A DNA stretch of 64,000 nucleotides from Eledone cirrhosa (lineage: Eukaryota). Positions 12,623 to 24,940 of this stretch are shown in pieces. The position numbers were made by a program, and so were the translations under genes. The first letter of the stretch is position 1. Every line of letters starts with the position of its first letter. The stretch covers positions 125,426,001 through 125,490,000 of the forward strand of contig OZ024744.1 in assembly GCA_964016885.1 (NCBI GenBank), given 5' to 3'. Under the pieces are notes generated by a model that worked only from the letters and a program-made list of their open reading frames with translations, was not told the origin of the DNA and did no database searches.

Positions 12623-15600
12623 AATAATAATAATAATAATGAAATGATTGTGTACAGTGCTCAGGTGCACTACAACTCATCAAAGGTGCATGTATAGTAC
12701 ATAGAATAATGTACAAATGTCAGGAAAATAAACAGTGTATGAGTCATGATATAATAACAATAACAATAATGAAATATTGTGCACTGTGCCCAGGTGCACC
12801 ACAACCCATCAAAAAAGTGCATGTACAGTACATAGGGCAATGCACAAACATCAGTAAAATGAACAGTGCACACATGTGTGCATGTGTATGGAAGGGGCAC
12901 ATCAGGTGTAGTTTTGGCGTATTTCGGGAAGCATGAGTGTCTTAAAGGATGCAGTGTCTCGGCAGCTAACAATTGACGCAGGCAGTTTGTTCCATGTTTC
13001 AGCAACTCTGAGCGTGAAAAAATGTCTGCGAAAGTCATGGGAGCTGTGCTGTTTTCTTATCTTGTAGGCATGTCCACGTGTGTTAGACACATGGAGATCA
13101 AAGAGGCGCTCAGGGTTGCAGTTGGCGAGATGGTTAAAAACTTTGTGGGTATTCACCAAGTCCACTGCCAGATGTCGGAGCTTCAATGAATCCATGCCCA
13201 GGGAAGCAAGGCGTTCAGAGTATGGTAGGTGTCTGATGGAGGGTATGCGCTTGGTTGCACGTCTCTGAACAGCTTCCAGGAGGTCAATGTTCCGAGCAAG
13301 ATAGGGGTTCCAGACTGATGATGCGAATTCCAAGTGTGGTCGCACCATAGCTGTATACAGTTTTAAATAGATGGCTAGAGAGCGGCTAACAAAGGTCTTG
13401 CTGAGTGATGCCAAGACACCCTCGGCCTTCTTGACAATCTTAGAGACATGCTTTGTCCAACGCAAATCGTTGCCGACAGTAATGCCCAGGTCACGTTCAC
13501 AAGAGGACTTTTTGATGTCAGTGTTGTGGAGGGAGTATGTGGACGCTGGATTTTTCCTTCCAAAATGCATGGTGGTACACTTGTCCACAGCCAGCTTCAG
13601 TTGCCAGTCTGTGATCCATTGCTGCATTGTGTCCAGGTCTGATTTTAGGAAAGAGTTGTAAATTTCAGGATCAGTCCTTTTGATTTCAAGGTACAGCTTG
13701 ATGTCATCTGCATATTTTAGTACCGTGGCATTCTGTAAGTTGGCATCTATGTCATTAATATATGCCACAAACAAAAGAGGACCAAGAACAGATCCCTGTG
13801 GTACACCAGATGACATCTCATATGGTGAAGAATGCTGTCCTAGAACCGTGACTACTTTCCTTCGGCTGAGAATGAAGGATTTCAGCCAGTCGAAAAGATC
13901 ATCCCTCACACCCATTGCAGAGAGTTTTGCCATAAGTCTTTTGTGTGGCACAGAATTAAAAGCCTTAGCAAAGTCAAGGTAAACAACATCCACCCATGAG
14001 CCGCTGTCAGTGATCCGGGTGATGTCCTCAAGGAACTCGATAAGCTGATCACAGCAGCTGGAGTTAGGGATAAATCCAAACTGTGAGGGCCGGATGAGGC
14101 TGTGAGAGCTCCAGAAGTTCCAAAGTGTTTCTCTGACACAGGATTCCATCAGTTTGGCCATACAGCTAGTAAGACTGACTGGACGATAGTTGACAGGTGA
14201 CATGCGGTTGCCCTTTTTGAACAGGGGAATGACACTGGCAGTTTTCCACTGCTCCGGAGTAGCACCATTGCTGAGACAGTATTGAAAGAAAAAAGAAAGC
14301 TGGCGCAAAAGGAAATCCCCGCCACGTTTGAGAAGCAGGTATGTCACACCATCAAGACCAGGGGAGGCATAGTTGCGCTTATTCTTAAGGTGACGTCGCA
14401 ACATTGCAGGTGTAAATTCCATAGTTGTTATGGAATTTGATGTTAGAGATGGTGGAGATGGTACATTCTGGTTTTCAACAGTAAAAATACTTGCATAGCA
14501 CTCAGCAATGAGTTCTGCGCATTCCTTGGGATCGTCAGTGATCTGGCTTGTGTGGGGATTGCGAAGAGGACCAACTGGAGAGTGAGGTCTCTGCTTTGAA
14601 TGAACATATTTCCAGAACACCTTACTGTCAGGATTGGTTGCGATGCACTGTTCAAATTCAAGCACTGCCTTCTTTGTCACTTGCTTGAGATGGTTAGAAG
14701 ATTTATTCCGCTTTTTTCTGTTGGCATCTGATCTATGCAGTTTATATTCCCGTTCAGCGTTCCGACGTTCTTTCCTGGCAAGTCGGACTGCTGAAGTTTC
14801 CCAGATTGCACTTTTGGGGTGGTTATTTTTCCGCTTCCGTGGCACTGATGCTGCACACGCTATCCATATTGAGTCCAGGATGCTCTGGAGTATAGAGTTC
14901 ACATCTCCAGAGTTATACATCTCATGCCAGTTTGGGCGCTGTAGCTCAGTGCAGTACAAGTTCCAATCCGCCCTCTTCCAATCAAAGCAAGCAGATTGGA
15001 GATGGCTCTGGTTTTTGTTGCTGCCCTCAAGTGCCAGATTGGCAATGATCATAGCATGATCAGAGTCGCCTAGAGGTTCCTCAGTAGTACAACTGATAAC
15101 CACTTCAGGAGTAGTGGTGAAGATCAGGTCCAAAGTGTTGTCACCTCTTGTTGGAGAGGTGACTACTTGTGACCAGTTTGAGTCCAGCACTAGTTCAAGG
15201 AAATCGTTTGCACCCTGTGGCCAACGAAAGGTTTCCCAATCGATCTCAGGATGATTGAAGTCACCTGCAATAAACACATAAGTGGCTGTTTTCTTGGCAG
15301 CAACTCTGAGGATATCGCAAAGCTGTGTGTCCTGATGGTAGTTTGGGGGGCGATAAACAACACCAAGCAGAAGTGTTGACATGGTCATACGTATGTCACA
15401 GAAAAAAACTTCTTCCTGTGATTCGTTCAAATCAACGCAAGGAATTACCGAAAAGTTTGAACGAACGTAGACCATCACACCACCACCACGGCGGTTAATG
15501 CGGTCCTTGCGGAAAAGGTTGTACCCAGTAATGGTGAAAACCCCATCACAGAGTAAGGAATGTGCCCATGTTTCCGTGACTGTGATGAAGTCAGGGTCGA

Positions 15601-15878
15601 TGCTTCTGACGTAGGATTCGAACAGATGTATCTTGTTGCATAAACTGCGAGCATTTAAGGACAACAATTTGTACCCTGCTCGCAGTCTATGATGGTGTGT
15701 AGAGGGTGGCAGGTTGTTCTGGTTTAGTTTCCCAGAGTTGTAGCAGTTTTTACATTGCCAGTTATTGTGGGTAGATCACACTCAGACCAGCTGGTATCTC
15801 TCTTCCACGTTTCACCCGCCTTGACAAACCTCCAGATCTGCCCATCATCACGCAGACTGAAACTTTCATCTTGTGCTG
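12620..15878 (-). mobile_element. 5'-truncated CR1/Jockey-group LINE with 3' UTR and (ATT)n tail, inserted in a microsatellite
   Basis: ORF2 at 12902-15667, ~260-bp 3' UTR, (TAA)n on + at 12622-12642, and the same microsatellite on both flanks. Confidence 0.9.
12902..15667 (-). CDS. LINE ORF2: APE-type endonuclease plus reverse transcriptase, 921 aa (CR1-like)
   Basis: EN motifs LNARSL, TETW, YRPP, GDFN, SDH. RT motifs NYRPVSL, QFGF, YLDFAKAF, GVPQGSVLGP, YADD. The called start is TTG, so the true start is uncertain. Confidence 0.93.
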   Translation of the reverse strand: MLSLNARSLCNKIHLFESYVRSIDPDFITVTETWAHSLLCDGVFTITGYNLFRKDRINRRGGGVMVYVRSNFSVIPCVDLNESQEEVFFCDIRMTMSTLLLGVVYRPPNYHQDTQLCDILRVAAKKTATYVFIAGDFNHPEIDWETFRWPQGANDFLELVLDSNWSQVVTSPTRGDNTLDLIFTTTPEVVISCTTEEPLGDSDHAMIIANLALEGSNKNQSHLQSACFDWKRADWNLYCTELQRPNWHEMYNSGDVNSILQSILDSIWIACAASVPRKRKNNHPKSAIWETSAVRLARKERRNAEREYKLHRSDANRKKRNKSSNHLKQVTKKAVLEFEQCIATNPDSKVFWKYVHSKQRPHSPVGPLRNPHTSQITDDPKECAELIAECYASIFTVENQNVPSPPSLTSNSITTMEFTPAMLRRHLKNKRNYASPGLDGVTYLLLKRGGDFLLRQLSFFFQYCLSNGATPEQWKTASVIPLFKKGNRMSPVNYRPVSLTSCMAKLMESCVRETLWNFWSSHSLIRPSQFGFIPNSSCCDQLIEFLEDITRITDSGSWVDVVYLDFAKAFNSVPHKRLMAKLSAMGVRDDLFDWLKSFILSRRKVVTVLGQHSSPYEMSSGVPQGSVLGPLLFVAYINDIDANLQNATVLKYADDIKLYLEIKRTDPEIYNSFLKSDLDTMQQWITDWQLKLAVDKCTTMHFGRKNPASTYSLHNTDIKKSSCERDLGITVGNDLRWTKHVSKIVKKAEGVLASLSKTFVSRSLAIYLKLYTAMVRPHLEFASSVWNPYLARNIDLLEAVQRRATKRIPSIRHLPYSERLASLGMDSLKLRHLAVDLVNTHKVFNHLANCNPERLFDLHVSNTRGHAYKIRKQHSSHDFRRHFFTLRVAETWNKLPASIVSCRDTASFKTLMLPEIRQNYT

Positions 15879-15941
15879 TATATATATATATATACACACG
15901 TGTGTGTGTATTTATGTATATATATATATATACACACACAC

Positions 15942-15983
<42 letters not shown>

Positions 15984-16098
15984 GTGTGTGTGTGTATATA
16001 TATTTATATATATATACACACACGTGTGTGTATATATATATATATATATACACGTGTGTGTGTATTTATATATATATATATATACACACACACGTGTG

Positions 16099-16129
<31 letters not shown>

Positions 16130-16199
16130 GTGTGTGTATATATATATATCTGTCTCTCTCCCTGTCTCTCACTCTCCCTCTATCCCCCCTCTCTCTCTC

Positions 16200-16507
16200 T
16201 GTCTCTCTCACCCCCCCCCCTCTCTCTCTCTAGTAGTAGAGAGAGACAAAGAGAGAGAGATATAAACGTATAACCCTAACCAAACCCTAACCCCAACCCT
16301 AACCCTAACCTAACCCTAACCCATCTCTCTCTCTCTCTCACCCCCTCTCTCTCTCTCTAGTAGTAGAGAGAGAGACAAAGAGAGAGAGAGATATAAACGT
16401 ATAACCCTAACCCAACCCTAACCTCTCTCTCTCTTCTCTCTCTCTCTCTCCCCTCTCTCTCTCTATTCCCCCCTCTCTATTTCCCCCCCCCCTCTCTCTC
16501 TAGTAGT

Positions 16508-16538
<31 letters not shown>

Positions 16539-16622
16539 TATAAACGTATAACCCTAACCCAACCCTAACCCTAACCCAACCCCAACCCTAACCCATCTCT
16601 CTCTCTCTCTCTCTCTCTCTCT
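16200..16622. repeat. Three tandem modules of (CT)n-TAGTAGTA-(GA)n-TATAAACGTATA-(CCCTAA)n with interstitial telomere-type repeats (also ~48213-48634)
   Basis: (CCCTAA)-type tracts at ~16273-16322, 16403-16423 and 16550-16593. Confidence 0.85.
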
Positions 16623-16759
16623 TTGTTTTTAACATTGTTTTGTTTTTCTTTTCTTTTCTTATTCAGATGACAAACGGCAGAGGATACAACAGAAGAAAAG
16701 AACAAAGATAATTATTATTATTATTACTATTATTATTTGTTTTATTATAATCAAAATAT

Positions 16760-17350
16760 GCTGTTAGTTAGATCTGCATTGCGTACATTTTATATAATTT
16801 ATGCCAGTTCCTTTTCTGCATATCGAACATGGCCATTTCCCTGACGGAATAGAGTTTTGTCCTCTTTCGTGACACAAAGTACAGCCAGCGGCATCATTGC
16901 GGACAGACTTAATCCCGAATTGCACTGACACACTGCCTCGCAATACGGAACACCGCACGTCTTTGATCTTCTTCCCGTCGATCAGCCTCCTTGCCATGCT
17001 AAGTACACCTGACGTCTAGCTTCTCTCTTAGCGGCGGCTTTATATTCTTCTCTACTCCCACTAATTTTCCAAGCATTCCATGCTAGCCTTTAGTCTCCAA
17101 TGGCCCGATCTACCGTGCTGTCCCACCACCATGTCACTCTCTGTCTGGTTGGAACTCTGATCCAGCCACAAGTTTAATCAGTAGCCTGCAATAAGTTGTC
17201 ACATAAGAAAATCGAGTTCTCATGTATGTCATACGACTGTGAATCGTCTTCTTTTTCGTCATACACATATTGAAGGGCTTTCCTAAATTTCTATTTTAGT
17301 GAAATCTCTTTTAGCTTCCAGACCTTTCTTTTTTCCACATCTTCCTGTAT
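16760..17350 (-). mobile_element. Rearranged RTE fragments, partly duplicated at 18665-19190
   Basis: PSGKWPCSICRKG, REARRQVYL and VFRIARQCV remnants. The second copy continues with AMLHGSET...RRLERNEASMLRWMCNV. Confidence 0.7.
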
Positions 17351-18174
17351 GTCTCAATCATACCTGGAGCTGTCCAACATGACCATTGAAATCCCCTGCT
17401 AGCATAACGATGTCTCCGTCCTGTCATTGTGGCTGTTTGTAAAAATTGCTTGTAAATGAAGTCTTTCTTTTCTTTACCTAGCAGAAGCAATTAACACTAA
17501 CCCAACTGTAACACTAACCCTAACACTAACTTATGCAGGCCTAGGTAAAGACAAGAAAGATAAAACAAGGAGTGATGCTTCTTGAATTTTGTGATGCAAG
17601 TGTTTTAACCATTTGCAAAACCAACTTCCACAAACCTGCCTCACTGCCGCCTAATAACCTACAAATCAGGCAAGCACAGAAGCCGGATTTCTCGGTAGTT
17701 AGGCAGCGAGACAGACAGATGGGGTGTGAAGTACCAGGGTGTGCCCCGGGGAGGAATGTTTCCCACAGCGTGGGTTGGTTGTTGGTGATGTCTCGGTTAT
17801 CTTGAGACGGAGTGAGACGTGCAGGAATACTCTCACGGAATCGCCAAATGAGGTTTATTTTTCAACATAGTCCCTGGAATGAAACAATGTGGTTATTAAG
17901 AAGAATTGAAATTAATGTAAGATTTCACAGATCTATGATCAATCCTTCACAGTCAGCTTACAAAGTTTTCAGCCAAACCTTGTGTATTTCCAACATTTCA
18001 AACCCTATCTAGGACTACATTATCTAATGTACAGTACAGTAGTTAGTATTAGTGGCTATCAGACATAGTGTATCTAAATGCAACATTTTTAACATTGTTT
18101 TTTTTTTCTTTTCTTTTCTTTTCTTATTCAGATGACAGACGGCAGAGGATACAATAGAAGAAAAGAACAATGAT

Positions 18175-18596
18175 AATTATTATTATTATTATTGTTGTTA
18201 TTCCTTGAATCTCAGTCATTGATGTTGGTTAACTGGAAAGTCCGTTGGAATGAATATCAAGCCACTACCTGCAGCCTCAGATATTCAGGACGTATCGGAG
18301 GGTTCTTGCTGTTCCAAGCAAGCATGCCTTTTGAAGCGTTCCAAAAAGCGTGAAGGGGCCGATTTTCTTTAACCATCCCTGGAAACTTTTGGAGATGGAC
18401 AAAAAACTGGAACACAATAGACCTGACCTGGTGGTTGTGGACAAAGAAAAAAGATCGTGTCTGATTGTGGATGTGGCCTGCCCGTTCAACACGAGAGTGC
18501 AAGAGAAGGAGAGGGAGAAAATTAACCGATACCAGGACCTAAAGTGGGAGGTGAAAAGGATTTGGAACTGCCATGAAGTCAAAGTGATCCCGATTG

Positions 18597-18640
<44 letters not shown>
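18175..18640 (-). mobile_element. R4/Dong-like (restriction-like endonuclease) non-LTR 3' fragment with an inverted 5' part, in (TTA)n (also ~50187-50649)
   Basis: Plus strand reads HNRPDLVVVDK..IVDVACP..EKINRYQDL. Minus strand reads the C-terminus LQKACLLGTARTLRYVLNI* followed by a (TAA)n tail. Confidence 0.8.
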
Positions 18641-19235
18641 TATTATTTGTTTTATTATAATCAAAATATGCTGTTAGTTAGATCTGCATTGTGTACATTT
18701 TATATAATTTATGCCAGTTCCTTTTCTACATATCGAACATGGCCATTTCCCTGACGGAATAGAGTTTTGTCCTCTTTTCTACTCATCAACACTCATTCGT
18801 GACACAAAGTACAGCCAGCGGCATCATTGCGGACAGACTTAATCCTGATTTGCACTGACACACTGCCTCGCAATACGGAACACCGCACGTCTTTGATCTT
18901 CTTCCCGTCGATCAGCCTCCTTGCCATGCAAAGTACACCTGACGTCTAGCTTCTCTCTTAGCGGCGGCTGTATATTCTTCTCTACTCCCACTAATTTTCC
19001 AAGCATTCCATGCTAGTCTTTAGTCTCCAATGGCCCGATCTACAGTTTCTGTCTCAACTCGTCTATGCTTGGTCGTTCCTGCACATTGACATTGCACATC
19101 CAACGGAGCATGCTTGCTTCATTTCTCTCCAGCCGTCGCATGTCCTCTGCAGTTGCTGCCCGTGTCTCACTACCATGCAGCATCGCGCATCTAAACCTGG
19201 CCCTTACCCTAACCCCAACCTCTTTGGTTTTCGTT

Positions 19236-20062
19236 TTCTCGACGGCTAGCCGCATTTCGTGATCCGCCTTTCGATTGCGCTTCCGTCGCGGCAAAAGAAT
19301 TGCCTTTCCAGACCGGACCGGACCCATGATAGAAGACGTTCGTTACCGTTGGAGCAACGCAAATTACTCCTCGGTTGACGCCAAAAACGAACGCCTTCCC
19401 GCCTCGCGCCGCCTTCTCCTCGCCGACCCTCGGCCTCGACGATTAGCCACTTTCCGTCACAGCAGTAGATACGCGTCCGTCGTAATAGCCGTCATTTTAA
19501 CGCAGGAGAAACGCCTAATTGCCCTGCACCGCGTTTGACGGCGATCTACGACGGCGACGATGCGCGCACTCTTCCTTGCTGCGACGAAGGTTTCGGCTTT
19601 TCGTCGTGGACCCGGTCAGGTCATGCCGCTGACCTCGCGTTACGGCGACGCGAGAAGACGTTCGTTACCGCTGGAGCAACGCAAATTACTCCTCGGTTGA
19701 CGCCAAAAACGAACGCCTCGCGCCGCCGCTTCCTCCTCGGCCTCGACGATTAGCCGCTTTCCGTCACAGCAGTAGATACGCGTCCATCGTAATAGCCGTC
19801 ATTTTAACGCAGGAGAAACGCCTTGACGACGATATACGACGGGTCGACGACGCGCGCACTCTTTCTGCTGCGACGAAGGTTTTGGCTTTTCGTTGTGGAC
19901 CCGGTCGGGTCATGCCTCTGACCTCGCGTTGCGTCGCCACCGCCGCGGCGGGCTTGGGTTTAGCCGTAGCTACCCTCGTTTTGCCAACGGCGACGCGAGA
20001 AGACGTTCGTTACCGCTGGAGCAACGCAAATTACTCCTCGGATGAGGCCAAAAACGAACGCT
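19236..20062 (+). repeat. Diverged upstream duplicate of the 172-bp repeat and ETS-like leader (also ~51248-52083)
   Basis: Three copies of the core agaagacgttcgttaccgctggagcaacgcaaattactcctcgg plus two copies of sequence matching 27180-27365. Confidence 0.85.
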
Positions 20063-20140
20063 GAAGAGATATTGTCCATGGATATCGGGAATTTTACCCG
20101 CCCTAGATAGATAGATAGATAGGGATGTATGTATGTATGT

Positions 20141-20180
<40 letters not shown>

Positions 20181-20559
20181 GTATGTATCTTTCTCATTCT
20201 CTCTGTATGTATGTATGTATGTATATATATATAATTATATATTTATAGACATCCTGAAAGCTTTTTAAATGTCTGAGAGATTGGCTAAATATGTTTTGCA
20301 GGTATGACCAGTAAGAGAGAGGTAAGTTATTTCAAAACAATTCTTTGACCATTATTTTAAGGTACTATCTCAGTGTATTTTTAAATTGACCTCTTGATAG
20401 GATGAAATGACCTGTATAATTTTTTTCATATTTAGATGGAATAGAAGAAAAACAAGAAAAATGAAATGAATTCAAACAGAAAATATACACCAATGCCAAT
20501 GGAGGTATGATTTCAGTTTAATCTTAACCTAATGACCACTTTACAGAGTGTACTGGATA

Positions 20560-20642
<83 letters not shown>

Positions 20643-21039
20643 AGGAAGCTCCAACCGTTAAGGTTGTCTTTCCATTTATTAATATATTGTGTATTTACTC
20701 CACTAAACTGTTGAGTGCTTTATATCAGTTATAAAAAAATTTCAGCTTGTTGAATCCCAAAATAGTTGTTGAAACAGCCACAGCTCAGCCGTCGGGGTCC
20801 TGAATATTTATCATATATATATACGTATGAGTGTGTGTGTTTTGAGAATTAATAATTATATAAACAAGTTTGTAATGAACAATTTATTTCTTATCAAAAC
20901 TGTATAAACATGATATTATTTACAGTAAGAATAACAATAATAATGATGGTTTCTAGTAAAGGTGGAAGGCCAGTAATTTGGGGGAGGGGAAAGTTGATTA
21001 AATCGAAGAGAGAAAGAAAGAAAAAACAGAACGGGAAGG

Positions 21040-21590
21040 AGAGGGGATGGCAAGAGGTCCGGTGTCGCAGGAGAGAGGGGAGGGTGGTTGAGCTTTGAGT
21101 CTAGGGCAAGAGGGCAGAAATGCTGCGCCCCACGGATAAGACGGCAAAAATATTCTCGCGGACGATGGCCAGAGATACCCAATGCAACAACCACCCAACC
21201 TCGCGGTGTTCCCTCCTCAGATGGGCTGCTGACTCTCCGATCTTTTGGAGGAGCTCGGCAGTACAAGGTCCAAGTACTCCTGGGGTCTCGACGTTGACTG
21301 GTGCAGAGAGGAAGTGGCCGGACAATCCTCGGTATTTGTTTATTTTACGTTCTTCTGCGAGGTGGGCTGCGATGCCGGGGTTTGTGACCGAAACGACTTG
21401 GAAACGAAGTTGTAGGCGGAGATTGTGTCGTAGCTGGTGGTGTCCCAGATGAGGGACCTACGTCCTTCGAATGGGAAGAGAGTGATTCCGTCGGGGCGCT
21501 TGCCATCTCCGGGACCTGTTGGCCCCAGTTGTGATGGGAAGCCAGCTGCGTCCAGGCTTCTTCTCAATATGTCGTTGACAACGACGTGTA
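21040..21590 (-). mobile_element. Frameshifted CRE-like non-LTR retrotransposon C-terminal RLE fragment (also ~53053-53603)
   Basis: GDGKRPDGITLFPFEGRRSLIWDTT, VETPGVLGP and SLAIVRENIFAVL lie in different frames. Confidence 0.7.
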
Positions 21591-22134
21591 TCTATTCAAT
21601 AATTATTTGAATATTGAAATTTTAGGTTTAACTACCTTTTAAACCAAATACATTAAGAAAGGCATGACCAACACCACATCATTTTTATTTCTATTTTGAA
21701 AGTAGGTTTATAAGTATTAAATTTCAGTAGATTCTTATATCCTTCATGGTGGTCTGGTGGGAGATACGAGAGATGGTGGAGGTTCTGGTCTGGGGTTCAA
21801 TCCTGCTCAGGAGATACTCTAAGGGGGTTCATACTAAACTTCTTCAGTGTTTCTTATCTCTAGAGACAAATATATATACATAAGGTAATCTGGTAAAGTT
21901 GTTAGAACATCACATAGAATTCTTTGTAGTATTTTTTCCAGTTCTTCAATCTGAGTTCAACTTTACTTTTCTTCCATTCGGGGTTGATAATAACGTACCA
22001 GTCAAATACTAGGGGTTAATTCTTCCTCTATATCTCTTTCTCACTCTCTGTCTGTTTTATTAAGACCTGGAGAGGTGATGTACTCTACCAGGTTTTATAA
22101 TGAGTGATGGGGTCATACCTGCCTGCTACACCTC

Positions 22135-22455
22135 TGTGTACTAAGTGTAGCATATTATATCCTTGTTCAGGGCCTTCCTGACATTACTGTGTACTAAGGG
22201 TAGCATTTTATATCCTTGTTCAGGGCCATCTTAACATTGCTGTGTACTAAGTGTAGCATATTATATCCTTGTTCGGGGCCTTCCTGACATTAGTGTGTAC
22301 TGAGTGTAGATTTTAACATCCTTGTTCTGGGCCTTCCTAACATTACTGTGTACTGAGTGTAGATTTTAACATCTTTGTTCAGAGCCTTCCTTACATTACT
22401 GTGTACTAAGTGTAGCATTTCATATACTTGTTCTGGGCCTTCCTAACGTTACTGT
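22135..22455. repeat. 53-bp minisatellite, ~6 copies (also ~54148-54468)
   Basis: Unit tgtgtactaagtgtagcatattatatccttgttcagggccttcctgacattac. Confidence 0.9.
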
Positions 22456-23235
22456 GGAAATAGTAGTTTATATCCAATATGTAATATAGATATGGATTCT
22501 ACAGGACTAAAACTCATTAATATGAGGGGTATTAGTAGATTATATGCCATATTTAATAGAGAAATGGCTTCTACAAGACTAAAACTCATTAATATGAGGG
22601 GTATTACAGTTTATATTCCATATTTAATACAGAAATGGCTTCTAAAGGACTAGAACTCTTTAAATTGAATAAAATAGTAGTATATATCCTATGTTTAATA
22701 CAGAAATGCCTTCTAAAGGACTCATTAATATGAGGGTATTAGTAGATTATATAACATATTTAATACAGAAATGGCTTTTAAATTCAGGGACTCGTTAATT
22801 TGATGGAAATAGTAGTGTCTATGCAATATTTAATACAGAAATAGCTTCTACAGGACTAAAACTAATTAATATGAGGGGTATTAGTAGTATATGTGCCATA
22901 TTTAATACAGAGATGGCTTCTAAATGGAGGTATCTCATTAATTCGATTGAAATGGTAGTGTATATGCAATATTTAATACAGAAATAGCTTCTACAAGAAT
23001 AAAACTCATTAATATGAAGGTTATTATTACATTATATGCCATATTTAATACAGAAATCGGTTCTAAAGGACTAGAACTCTTTAATTCAAATCAAATAGTA
23101 GTATAAAGCAATATTTACTACAGAAATGGCTTCTACAAGACTAAAAATCCTTAATATGAGGGGTATTGTTAGATTATATACCATATTTAATACAGAAATG
23201 GCTTCTAAATGAAGAAATCTCTTTAATTCGATAGT
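22456..23235. repeat. ~72-bp AT-rich minisatellite, ~11 diverged copies (also ~54469-55248)
   Basis: atatttaatacagaaatggcttcta recurs every ~72 bp. Confidence 0.85.
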
Positions 23236-23882
23236 AATAGTAATAATAATAATAGTAATAGTAATAATACAGCCAATTTTCCACGCAATACTTTTAGTTA
23301 GCACCCCGAACGCATAATTGGGAATATAATCACTTATTTCCTAATGTTTGTTGAGTGAGTTGGGAAAAAAAACTTGGGAAATATATTTTCAGGGTCTCAA
23401 AATCTTAAAGAGAAAAAAAAGTCCTGTGGAAGGTAGCAAAACAATTAGGAAGAAAATGGTTTGAAGTTGGTTGGTGAGTATAAGATTACAGTATCTTGTT
23501 GATTTCTATAAAGTTTACTTTTAACTGAATTGGTAAAAATGGATAAATTAGAAGACACAATATAATAACTAATATTGTCTTCTAAAACAGGGAATAAAAA
23601 TATGTTGGTGTATTGGGGGGGGGTAAACATGTGAGTTAATGGGAATGTTTTTGTTTGTTTTTATTGAAACATATTCAATCTACAGATAGGTTGTTATAGT
23701 TATTTAGTCTCGGGTCTGCCATTATCTGCAGATTTATAATTGAGGGGTGTTCCAGGTGTGACCACCCTACATTATTCCTAGAGATTGTTACTCCTTCATT
23801 CTTCAGTCATCTTGGTCTTCTTATGAGATGGTGGTGTAGTCTTATTTATTGTTAAGGTTATGGTCTTCCTTTGTCCACACTC

Positions 23883-23924
<42 letters not shown>

Positions 23925-24199
23925 AAAGGCTTCCTTCTCTGGAAAAAGATGATTTAATATTCACAACCATCTGTCTAATTGTTTTCTGATGAGAATAAAG
24001 TTAATCTTGCTTGTATGTCTACCTGATCAAATGACTGGCTGATATCTTGAAGTCATTTACACCACAGAACTGTAGGAGTCTTGATCCCTCAAGCCATACC
24101 TCTAGCCATCATGTACTCCAAAAGAGTCTCACCTTGGTGCTACTCAACATGTCCATTAAATTTAGCAGCAAGGATGCCCTCTTCTTAGTGAGAGACAAC

Positions 24200-24940
24200 T
24201 ACAAGAGAGGTTCTTAGAGAAGAATAAGCCACTATAGTTAACTTTTGTTGACATAGAGAACCCCGATCTGTCATCTGGTGGTCCTTAAGGAAACTAGGTG
24301 TAGGGGAATGGCTTGTGAGGACAGTGCAAGCTATGTACAAGGGTGCTGTCAGTAAAGTGAGAGGAGGAATTCCAGAAACAAAGTAGGTGTACATCAGGGT
24401 TCGGTCCTCAGTCCGCTCTTGTTCATTATAGTCCTCCCTCCCTCCCTCCCTCCAAGCCATAACAGAGGAGGAGTAGTTTAAGACTGGATGCCCATGGGAA
24501 CTTCTCTATGCTGACGATCTGGTTCTTATAGCAGAATCAGTAGAGGAGCTAGCTAGAGAATAAATTCTGGCTATGGAAACAGCAGTAGTTGGAATCAAGA
24601 AGACTGAGAGTGAACCTAGCTAAGACAAAAGTGTTTATAAGTAGAAGAGAGGACAAAACTCTGATTCTGTCAGGGAAATGGCCATGTTCGATATGTAGGA
24701 AAGGAGTTGGCATAAATTCTATGAAATGTAGTACGCAATGCAGATCTTGGCTACACAAGAGATGTAGTGGGATAGCAGGAAAACTGACTGACAGGTAGGG
24801 AGAAATACGTATGCAGTAGATGTACAGGGAAATTTGACAGAGATTGCAGTGATAGACACATTTTTCAAATGCAGGTGGGATCTATAGAGGGAGTTGATAG
24901 CTTCTGATACCTAGGTGATCAGATTAGTAAGGGAGGAGGG
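24200..24940 (+). mobile_element. Decayed RTE RT core with a Cys-rich insert (also ~56220-56968)
   Basis: VHQGSVLSPLLF, LLYADDL, LRVNLAKTKV and KWPCSICRKG...CRSWLHKRCSG, interrupted by stops. Confidence 0.85.

Noticed and set aside
16640-16720. Splice-acceptor-like polypyrimidine-CAG followed by ATG (also ~18100-18175)
   Set aside because: Runs into (TTA)n after ~45 bp with no donor or coherent exon chain; it is part of a duplicated module.
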